Notes under the pieces: model-generated
Databases searched by the model: none
What the model saw: the letters and a program-made list of their open reading frames with translations, nothing else
Told to the model about the DNA's origin: nothing
Translations under genes and position numbers: made by a program
In this document: one piece after another, positions 50,237 to 61,182 of the stretch
How the letters are laid out: every line of letters begins with the position of its first letter
How positions within the stretch are numbered: position 1 is the first letter of the stretch
Assembly (NCBI RefSeq): GCF_006345805.1
Contig: NC_043010.1
Coordinates: forward strand, 25,420,001 to 25,484,000
DNA: 64,000 nt
Origin: Octopus sinensis
Taxonomy: Eukaryota
Direction of reading: 5' to 3'

Positions 50237-52859
50237 GTAAGTCATTCAATTTCTTCTTTATTTCTTTACATATTGACTAATATTTTACCGTTTCTTGCTG
50301 AAATTCACCAACTCCACTCCTGGCATGTTTCTGCACCCTTTACTCTTTATGACTCTTTTACTATTCATTCCTCTGAATTTTTGTGTTTTATTCTTTGTAC
50401 TGTGCATGTACTTTTTGGTTTTCATTGCTGCCTTTCTGTACTTAACTTATATATCTGCTTTCTGTCCCCTTTTTTTACCCCTTTCTGACAAACTGAAGTG
50501 CATCTGAACTCTGTGTACAATAAGCTCATTATGGTTTATGCATACACATATACATGCAAACAAACATACATGCATAAACACACATGCCTATATATATATG
50601 TGTGTGTGTGTGTGTATTTGAATGTAGGTAGGTCTTCTATTGTTCACTTTTGTGTTTATGTTTTGTGTATTCTCGAGGTATTGCTTAATGGGCTGCATGA
50701 AAATTTGAATATTTTGCAGTAACTTTGAAATTAAAATCCTTTTTCTCAAAACATCAAAAATTCTTCTCAGTTAGAACAAATATTGATTTCCGGCTAATGA
50801 AGGACTTTGATTTTACAATGTTGTTGTTGTTGTATCTTATAAGGTACTGTTTTGTATCCTACAGCCCCTATTTACAGCAGGGATGGACTGGATTATTCTA
50901 AGTATTGAGTGTCCTGATTGTGGACATTAAGTAATTTCTGTGTCTAAAATATGACCCACCAACATCTTGGCTGATCTGGTTGCCTGTTTGTTTGGTTGCT
51001 TCTGTTCTTTTTTTTTTATAAATATACAAAATCTTTGTTGCAGACATGTAAAACAAGAATAAAAAGCATAGCTGTCACTCACAAGTGAATGTGACCTGGT
51101 CACTTGTACCGTGCTGTTGTTCATTGTTTTCTGTTCTTATATACTCCTAAGCAGACACACTCTCAGCCTTTTGCTGTTGACTCAGCAGAACATTAAAAGT
51201 ATGACAGCTGGGGTGGGGGGGAGAGAGGGCTGCACCAGTACTCAGTTGCTACTAATTTTTAGCTGAGTAGACTGGAGTGCATTGCTGAATGACTCAATGT
51301 GCTACCTGGTACAGGGAATGAACCCATGACTTTACAGTCATGAGTCTGACACCCTAACCACTAGGTCATTTGCCTTGACAACTGCTATATGCTTGCCATG
51401 GAATTTTCAAGCAGGATCACTAAGGTGGTTTCCCTGTTGCCCTTCCTTTGGATATTGTTTTAAAAGCTAAGTGCACCAGCCTGGGTACCTGAGCAAATAC
51501 TGCAAAGTTTGTATGGCCAGTTCTCTAACAATTCTACCAATCCACCTTCTTGCACTGATAGTGTAATTTATTGAATCTCAGATGATGACAGACAAAGTTT
51601 GCCTTGAAGAGATTTGAAGTCAAAATGTAAAGGACTAAAGCAAATAATACAAGGCATTTTGTCCCAGTGCTATTATAGTTCTGCCTATTTGCTGCTGCTG
51701 ACCATTATTGCAGTAGTGTTTTTATGTGTTGCTTAGTTTGGGTAATTTAGTGGCAAGTCCCAAATCCATTGAATTTGTCAGGATAGATTCAGGGAACTTG
51801 TTTGATGATAATATCAATTCAGTGTCTTTAATTACACTGTATTTCTAAGTTAATTAACTCATAGTTATGTTATGGAAGAAACTCCGAGTACAAACCCGCA
51901 CTGCCTTGTGAGTGCTTTGGGAAAGAAAAAGGCTTTGGGAGTCAACCTCAACAGCAGATCAAGGAGTTGAGTCCCTCAGGTGGTCTGGTGCCCCTTTTTG
52001 ATACCTTTCCTGGCAAGCAACTCCAGCCCTGTAAAGTAATCCACCTTGGACAAGGCCATTACAATGTAATGGCCTACAGCTTGCTGGTCACTGCGGCTGT
52101 TTTAGCCAACTGGACCACTGTGGTCAGACCTCCAAGTCTAAAGAGTGGGATCAGCTTGTGTGGACTGACTCTCACTTGAAAACCATTAACCACAGGCAGG
52201 AAGAAAAAGCCCTGCAGTGTCAGGGATCAGTTTGCATAGCCAACTAAGGACATGCTGCTCTTCCTCATGATCTTCAGACACAAAGAGACTGCCATCATAT
52301 ATGTAAAAAAAACAGAAAGAGAAAAATATAAATAAAAAGACAGGATGGTCATGGCTGGAATGCTTTTGACATAGGTCTGCTTAATCAGAGTTAACCTGTG
52401 GCTAAATAACCATTGAGCCAATTAACCTTTTAGCATTCAGATTATTCTGTCAAATGTAATGTTTATATATTCGCATTGTTTTGAATTAAGCATGCATTGT
52501 CTCTTAGCTTTGAGATTTCAATGATGTGATTACTCATTTTTAGATTGATATTATAGGGCAGGTGTGAGAGGCCTGATCTGGCCAGTTTGAAATGGATATG
52601 GCTGGTATAAATGCTAAAGGGTTAAAGAGACTCAGCTGTGTTATTTGACCTACTAGAAATAGCAAACAAATTTCCTTAAACTATTCTTGGTCATCTTTAA
52701 AATTAGGAAGGTCACAGCTGAAAAATATTTGATCATAGATCTGCAGCATCAGAACCGACTTGATGAGAAACAACAACCCGAACCGTACTCGAAATCTTTA
52801 TTGAGTACAAAAAAAGAAACATTACCAAATATTGATGTTTTTCTTATTCCTCAATTTAG

Positions 52860-53042
52860 GAATGGTATCAGTGAACCAATATCATCTGCAGGAAGTCGTC
52901 CCCTTAGGGGACGTGGTCGAGGTCGTTTAATACATCCAGTTAACAGCAGTGTGTTTAACAAGGAACCATTGCCAGTTGTCTTAAAGAACCAGAAAGATGA
53001 TGAGAAAATCAAATACTGTTCAGACTCCACAAATACATCAAG
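52860..53042 (+). CDS. R3HCC1: R3HCC1-family exon, RG-rich linker
   Basis: Acceptor ttcttattcctcaatttag|G and donor AG|gttaga, phase 2 in and out. Open frame NGISEPISSAGSRPLRGRGRGRLIHP...STNTSR. Confidence 0.8.
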
Positions 53043-54170
53043 GTTAGACTTTTAAACTTTTTCCTTATGTTTGGAGATTTCCTCCACAAATATTTTACTT
53101 TTAATTTTCTTGAGTCCATATAATTACATTGCCTTATACGTATAAAACTATATATGCATATGTATGTATATGTAAATATATATGTGTGTGTGTGTGTGTG
53201 TGGCACCCATGCTGGTGGCATGTAAAAGCATCTATCACACTCTGAGAGTTGTTGGCATTAGGAAGGACATCCAGCCATAGAAACCATGACAGATCAGACT
53301 GGAGTCTGGTGCAACCTTCCAGCTTACCGGCCCTGGTCAAGCCGTCCAACCCATGCCAGCATAGACAACAGACACAATGCTAGTCTCAATGCGCTTTGCA
53401 TCATTTTACCTTTCAAATGATGCCACACTGCTGTCCAAGCAAGCAGGTCAAATTCTCCCTGGTCAGAAGGCCAGTCTGTAACATTTACAGCTGAGTGGAC
53501 TGGAGCAATGTGAAATGAAATGTTTTGCTCAAGGATACAAAGTGCTGCTCAGTCCGGAAATCAAACTAACAATCCAGTGATTGTGAGTACAACACCTAAC
53601 CACTAGATTGATATATATATATATTTATGAAAAGGTAAAAACCCCCTTCGGTCATCAGTGAGTTTGCATCTAGAACATTCTTCTCTGAGATTCAAGTCCA
53701 GGCATGGCTGTTTATAGAAGACCAGCAGTCACCCATGCATACCAGCCTCCCCTCTCCATGTCACTGATGTTATCCAAGGGAAAGGCAAAGGGGCCAATAC
53801 AGCTTGGCACCAGTGAAGTCACAACTTATTTCTCCAGCTGAGTGAACTGGAGCAACATGGAATAAAGTGCCTTGCTCAAGAACACAACACACAGCCCAGT
53901 CTAGGAATTAAACTCACTACCTCATGATTGTGAGCCTGATGCTCTAACCACAGCCATGCGCCTGAGGCATAGAACTTGCGTTAAACAGTTTTTCAACTTA
54001 TTTTCTGCTGATTCACTTTCCTCTTTCTTTCGTTTTTTTCTTTCTTTATTACTTTATATACTTTGTGGATGACAATATGTCCATTTAGATGTGAATCCAG
54101 TAATTATGATGTTGATGACTACGTTAAAACGCTTTTTATTTATTTTTTTCCCGTCTGTTGCTTGTTGTAG

Positions 54171-55887
54171 AGCAAAGCAGAAAAAGCCTGAACAGCAGCT
54201 CTATATACCAAGACCTCGTCGTATAAAACAGCAGCTTTACCAGGATACTGACAACTATCAACAGCAGCAACAGCAGCAGCAACAGCAGCAGCTGCAGTAC
54301 TCTACTGAGGAGGAAGATGATATACGAAGTGGTCAAGCTCCCTACCAACATGAACTGTCATCAAGTCTATGCAACACTGGCCAGTCGTCACTGCCTGCTC
54401 GTAAAAACACTTCCAAAAACGGATGTAACCTGAAAAAAAATCGGCGTGAAGTGGAAATCTATGTGCCACGTGCCAAGCGCCAAATGCAGTTACAGAGTGG
54501 AGGAGGAGGTTTTGACGTCAGTTCAAAGAGCATTCCTCCTGCAGACTGTCGGGAACCCACCTCACCTTTAGACAGGATATCGAAAGATTACGACATAGAA
54601 TCTTTGTCAGTGAATAATAGTAATAATATTAATAATATGAATAGATCTGCAAGATGCCAGGATGCTGGTTGTGATATATATTTTCAGTTATCAAGATCAC
54701 ATCATGGTTTAGAAGGGTTTTCTCCTGGAATTAAGGACACTAACTCAGGAGTTCCTTGTAATTTTTCCAATAACGTTTCTCATAAGAGTGGCAAAGGTAA
54801 ACGTTATGAATATCATTGTAATTCCTCATCAGCAGATTTTGGCTATTCAGATAAAGACTCGCTGTCACCTTTGTCGTTGAAATCTCAATCGGTTGCTGGC
54901 AACCACGACAGAGAAAGCAGTTCATTCCACAGACCTGCTGCTGGTGCTGCTGCTGTTGCTATCCAAAGAACTCGATCTCCTGAAACAAGAGCCATTATCA
55001 ACAAAGTGTCGCGTAGGGATGGCATTAGCCAAGAAACTTCGAATCACAATCACAGCACTTCAATGTCTGCTCGAAAATACTCAAAAGAAGTTTCCCCAAC
55101 ACCCAACACTCTACAGAATACAAAAACCGATCTGTCGAGTGCGTTTTCTCCAGAATCTACGTGTGATTCTGACTCTGACATCAAATTGCCGAATGCGTTG
55201 TTTGTCCCCAGTAAAGACAATACACCTCTTGAGCCGTTCACCTTGGCTCAAGGAGATGAAGACCATCGGTCATCTGCTGGAAAAACTGTTCCAAATCAAT
55301 GGAATGAGAGTTCAGCTAGTGTGACAAGGGAGAGAACTCTGCCGAACGCAAATTCTCTAAGCACAAAACAACATTCTGACTCGACGAACTCTGAAAATGT
55401 CCATGCTCCTTCATGTGACCAAACAGAATCGGAAGAAAGTTCAGAAACAGAAGCAGACCTTTCTCAATCTCACCTAGAAAATATGAACAGTTCACAGCAT
55501 GACTGTAATTCTTCTAAAACTAGCATAAATGAAAGTTATAGCAATGCTTGTGAGCTTTCTACAACTGATCAACAACAGGAGTCAGAACTATCTTGCTCAA
55601 CAAACTGTGATTGTACTGGTTCAGGAGGTGAGAGCTCTTTGGACAGATCTTCTCCTTCTTCCTCAAAATTAGATCAGTGCGATGGTGATATGAATTCTAA
55701 ATTCAAAAGCAGCACTAAGACCACAACTACACCTAGTAATGATTCGACTTGTTCGTCAGAGAGTACAGCCAAAACAGAGAAGTTTTCTCCACAGATGGCT
55801 ACGTCTACAGCAGTTGTTGATGATGAGTCATGGGAGGCATTATATGATGACAATGGAGATTGTTTGGAACCTCAAGCTTTGGAAGAG
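54171..55887 (+). CDS. R3HCC1: R3HCC1-family large exon: two EJC-binding-motif-like segments, polyQ, long Ser/acidic low-complexity region, conserved SWEALYDDNGDCL motif
   Basis: Lies in the 604-aa ORF 54091-55905. Acceptor ttgcttgttgtag|A and donor GAG|gtaagt. Contains KKPEQQLYIPRPRR, RREVEIYVPRAKR and DDESWEALYDDNGDCLEPQALEE, typical of R3HCC1/R3HCC1L upstream of the C-terminal RRM-like domain. Confidence 0.92.
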
Positions 55888-56127
55888 GTAAGTTACATCT
55901 TTTAGTTGTTTCAGTCACTGAACTACAGCCATGCTGGAGCACTGCTTTGACAGGTTCAGTTGAGTAAATCAACCTCAGTACTCATCTTTTTAAGTCTGGT
56001 ACTTATTCTATCAGTCTCTTTTGCTGAACTGCTAAGTTGTGGAGTTGTTAACAAACCAACACTGGTTATCAAGCAGTGGAATGGGCGGAACAGATACAGA
56101 TACACATGACAGGCTTCTGTACAGGTT

Positions 56128-56361
56128 CTTATTTCTTTATTGCCCACAAGGGGTTAAACACAGAGGGGACAAACAAGGACAGACAAAGGGATTAAGTCGA
56201 TTAGATCGACCGCAGTGTGTAACTGGTACTTAATTTATTGACCCCGAAAGGATGAAAGGCAAAGTCGACCTCGGCGGAATTTGAACTCAGAACGTAACGG
56301 CAGACGAAATACCGCTAAGCATTTCGCCCAGCATTCTAACGTTTCTGCCAGCTTGCCGCCT
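56128..56361 (-). mobile_element. Young SINE-A nested in a SINE-B
   Basis: Near-consensus copy flanked by TGTACAGGTTC / TGTACAGTTTC. Confidence 0.85.
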
Positions 56362-57826
56362 GTGTACAGTTTCTGTCAACCAAATTCATCCACATGGCAC
56401 TGGTCGGCCTGAGGCTATAGCAGAAGACACTTAGCCAAGTGCTGCACAGTGGGACTGAATCCAAGATCATGTGATTGCTATGCAAGCCTTCCTACCTTAA
56501 GCCGAAGTCTGTGATTTACTTTTCCTTCTTTTAACATTACTTTAGTCACAGGAACATGGCCCTGCCGGTGCTATACCAAGGGGTTTTAGGTGATATAACC
56601 ATTTTGTCTGGGATTTTATTTTTATTTATCAACCATGGAAGGCAAAAGAGCACAGTTGATGTGGATTGGATTTGCACTCAAGATACCAGATATAGGTATA
56701 TGCCCCTAACCTCCCACATTTTACAGGTTGATGATCATTTCAAAAGCAAATACAGTGTGCACTAATGCAAACAATGATAGTGATTAGAAACAAAAAACCC
56801 TAAAAAAACAGCAGGACATTACCTAACTGAAGACACTGTTACCACCTGCCTAATTTCACTAGTGTCACAACAATGGTCATATAAAATATGAGAGATTTTT
56901 CTGCTGCACTTTGTGCAACAAGGCAATATATTTCAGCTAGCAGAATCGTTAGCACGCTGGACAAAATGCTTAGCGGCATTTCACCCGTCTCTACGTTCTG
57001 AGTTCAAATTCCACCAAGGTCGACTTTGCCTTTCATCCTTTCAGGGTCGATAAATTAAGTACCAGTTGCATACTGGGATCAAAATCGACTTGCTCCTTCC
57101 CTAAAAACTTCAGGCTTTGTGCCTAGAATAGAAAAGAATATATTTCATGACCACTGGATTGACGGTTATTGCAGCCAAACAGAAGATCTGTACCATCAGA
57201 CAATGGTTGGGCGTCAACGAGCAAATGAACTGTTACTGGGGGGGGGTCTCTATGTGAACCATGCTCATTGCACTCTTGCACACCACTAGGTACTTGGTGT
57301 GGAGGTCCAAAGAGCCAGTCAGAGGTGGGGGCCATGCCAACTGCCTCACTCACCATTCAAAGCTATTTTGTTTCAGTTGAACAAATCAGTCAATGTCGAT
57401 CTATGGCAGACACCTAACGACAACGCTGATATTTCATGCTCCACTGATTTTATCAATCCGTTGTTCTGCTGTTTCTATACTTTTGTTTTTCATTGTTTTT
57501 AATATTTTTTTCTTTCCTGTGTGTATGATCCTTAATGTTTATTTACCTCCTGGTAAGTGATTTACAGTAGAAATAAATCTGTTGTTAGAATTTAGTTTCA
57601 AGTTGAGCCAACTCTTGCAAATGAGATTGAGTCGATAGAAACTGCGATGTAAAGCCTATTGGATGGCCTGAGCCTGTAATTCAAAGGTCTAACCTTGATA
57701 TATGTTATGTTACAACGATTGTGTAAGATTTACATTAAGAGTACATGTGCTTTAGGAATACTCAGCCACTCATACACTGATTCTATGAATAAGTGGTTCA
57801 TTTGGTTTGAAATTATTACAGGATTC

Positions 57827-57838
57827 ATTTATTATTAT

Positions 57839-57892
<54 letters not shown>

Positions 57893-57906
57893 CACCACCA
57901 CCACCA
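57827..57906. repeat. Compound trinucleotide microsatellite (TAT)n(TAC)n(CAC)n; representative of many simple repeats (e.g. 412-470, 1040-1115, 15077-15290, 28697-28820, 35585-35680)
   Basis: Directly visible. Confidence 0.95.
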
Positions 57907-58199
57907 CCGCGCACGCCTGTGAATATGTATAGGATGGATTGAACACGGTGAAGGCATCAAAAAATATCTTGAATTTAGGCCCACCTGAATTATGTCCCTT
58001 TACACTAAGTCTTCCAATTTGCCTTCTTTCCTTTCGAGATTAAGAAAATATATAGCACAGAGATTACGGTGATCAATGCAATGAATTGAAACTATCTTGG
58101 AAAATAAAGGACATTTGGATAATGTGGTTCTAGAAGCACTTCTAAAAAGAAAGGATGGTCGTAGCTGGGATACCTTTAATCAACAACACAACTCACCAC

Positions 58200-59880
58200 A
58201 TCATCATCATCATTATCATCATCGTTTAACGTCCGTTTTCCGCGCTAGCACGGGTTGGACGGTTCGATCGGGGTCTGGGAAGCCAGGGGCTGCACCAGGC
58301 TCCAGTCTGATCTGGCAGTGTTTCTACAGCTAGATGCCCTTCCTAACGCCAACCACTCCGTGAGTATAGTGGGTGCTTTTTACATGCCGCCGGCACAGGT
58401 GCCAGGGGAGTCTGGTAGCGGCCACGATCGGTTGGTGCTTTTAACGTGCCACCGGCACGGAAGCCAGTCAAGGCGGCGCTGGCATCGGCCACGTTCGAAT
58501 GGTGCTTTTTACGTGCCACCGGCACAGAAGCCAGTCGAGGCGGCGCTGGCGTCGGCCACGTTTGGATGGTGCTTTTTATGTGCCACCGGCACAGGTATCA
58601 CAACTACTATTTCCATTGATATTTATTTCGATGTTCATGTACTTGACTCAATAGGTCCCCTCAAGCACAGCGAGATGTTCTGAAATCCAAGGTACTTTGA
58701 ATGGGCAGGGGCTATGCGGAAGTGGTGCAGAAAGCAGCCCGGGTCTTTGCAGTCACAGCATATCTCCAGAGATCTCAGTCCTTTGTCATTGCCTCTGTGA
58801 GGCCCAACGCTCTGAGGTCATGCTTGACTACTTCATCCCATGTCTTCCTGGGTCTACCTCTCCCCCTGATACCTTCAACTGTTTGGGAGCGGCACTTCTT
58901 CACACATCTCTCCTCATCCATCCGCAGTACATGACCATACCATTGCAAGTGTCGCTCTTGCACACCACATCTGATGCTTCTTATTTCCAGCATTTCTCTC
59001 ACGGTGCTTACCCTCTGTCGTGCGCGCACACTGACATTACACATCCAGCGGATCATGCTAGCTTCATTTCTTTCAAGTCTACGCATGTCCTCTGCAGTCA
59101 CAGCCCATGTTTCACTACTGTGAAGCATGGCAGTTCGCACACATGCATCATACAATCTACCTTTCACTCTGAGCGAGAGACCCTTTGTCGCCAGTAGGGG
59201 TAGGAGCTTTCTAAACTTTGCCCAGGCTATTCGTATTCTAGTGGTGACACTCTCTGAGCATCCACCTCCACTACTAACTTGGTCACCCAGGTAGCGGAAA
59301 CTATCAACTACTTCTAGTTTCTCCCCCTGGAGTGTGATGGAATCTGTTTTCTGAGTATCTGTGGTGTCTATTGTCCCTGTGCATCTGCCGCACATGAAAG
59401 CTATCTTATCAGTTAATTTTCCTTTGATGTTGCTGCACCTCTTATGCGTCCATAGCTTACACTGGGTACATCTTATGGAGTTTCTACCTACACCTTTCCT
59501 ACAGATTGAGCAGGGCCACCTGCTGGAGGGTGTGTGTGCTGAGTTTGCCTTTCTGCTTACTATAACTTTGGTCTTTGCTACATTTACTCTAAGGCCCTTT
59601 GATTTAAACCCTTGCTTCCACACCCGAAATTTCTTTTCTAGTTCCGGTTGTGATTCTGCTATGAGAGCCAGGTCATCAGCATAGAGGAGCTCCCAGGGGC
59701 AACCTGTTTTGAATTCTTCTGTTATTGCCTGGAGGACTATGATGAATAAAAGGGGACTGAGGGATGAGCCTTGGTGTACCCCTACTTCTACCCGGAATTC
59801 TTCACTATATTTGTTGCCAATCCTAACCTTGCTGACAACCTCTCTGTATAGGGCCTGTACAAGACAATCACTACCAACAT
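58200..59880 (-). mobile_element. 5'-truncated RTE LINE (second subfamily) with PHD-like finger and 3'UTR array
   Basis: 371-aa ORF 58775-59890 (HQGSSLSPLLF, LLYADD, WPCSICRKG..., GRGRPRKTW); (GAT)n tail at about 58200-58222. Confidence 0.93.
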
Positions 59881-60268
59881 GCACAGTCACTCGCTAATAC
59901 TATTACACAACTCACACAGCACATATTTTACTCAGTATAGCACTACACATTCTACATAATCACCTAATGTATAAAACATCTCACACAGGAAGGAAGCACT
60001 CCGTCGGCTACGACAACGAGGGTCCCATCTGATATGATCAACAGAACAGCTTGCTCGTGAAATTAACGCGCAAGTGACTGAGCAATCCACAGACACTGCA
60101 TCCTTCAAAACTTCCATGCTTCCTGAGATTCACCAACACTACACTTGATTTTCTCCCTTCTATCTGACTCATACACTGTTCACTTTCCAGACATTTGTAC
60201 ATTACTGCATATACTTTATCTGCACTTTCGACAAGTTATGGTGCACCTGAGCACTGTATACAATAATT

Positions 60269-60301
<33 letters not shown>

Positions 60302-60324
60302 TATATATGATGATGATGTATACC

Positions 60325-60535
60325 CCTAACATAGTTCTCAAGGAGATTTGGCGTGACACAGAGTGTGACAAGGCCGGCCCTTTGAAACACAAGTACTACT
60401 CATTTTTGCCAGCTGAGTGGACTGGAGCAACATGAAATAAAGTGTCTTGTGCAAGGACACAACACGTCGCCGGGAATTGAACTCACAACCTTACAATCGT
60501 GAGCCAAATGCCCTAACCACTAAGTCACATGCTTT
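60325..60535 (-). mobile_element. tRNA-derived SINE family C
   Basis: Minus-strand head gcatgtgacttagtggttagggc...gagttcaattcccggcg and core ccagtccactcagctggcaaaaatgag. Related copies at about 51230-51375, 53470-53960 and 60780-60945. Confidence 0.7.
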
Positions 60536-61151
60536 CACTATAAATCATCTTGCACAACACCTGCTAGAAATAGCTACCAAATCTCCTTCAAATAATTCTG
60601 TTATCTTAAAAGGCAGAGTGGGTAATGTAGTCATAGATTCTACCCTGAAGTTGAGGTGGTCATAACTGGACATGGACTCTCCTATCATAGACGACAGACG
60701 AAGGTTCCGCTGTTTCTTGCAAGAATAACCTGCACAGGTGATTTGTGTGTTACATTCCGCTCTCTCCCTACATCAACAAATCAATATTGCTTGTGGTATA
60801 CATCCGATGTCTGATTGCAGAGCGACGTGAGATGAAGTGCTTTGCTCGACAATACAATTCATCTCTTGGTCTGAGAATCGTGGTTTCAAAACCACGATCA
60901 CGCAGTCGTGAGTGCAACACTCTAACCATGAGGCCACGCACCCTCACAGCTTTGTTAAAACCCATTTTGCTCAATCAGTGTAAACATTAGCATAACATGG
61001 TAACTAACACATCTACTTTACCCAACAAACAAGCAAAACACCAGAAGCAATACCAGAAACAACAAAAACAATCCCCACAATTGAAGATATGAAGCTATGT
61101 ACACGTCAGGTTCACTTCCTAGTAGTATTGCATAGCTGTCGAAAACTTGCA

Positions 61152-61180
<29 letters not shown>

Positions 61181-61182
<2 letters not shown>

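Noticed and set aside
57371-57480. Acceptor-like ttttgtttcag with an open phase-0 frame as the next R3HCC1 exon
   Set aside because: The peptide LNKSVNVDLWQ... lacks the expected DY/HVIEIYDFP motifs, and there is no good donor.
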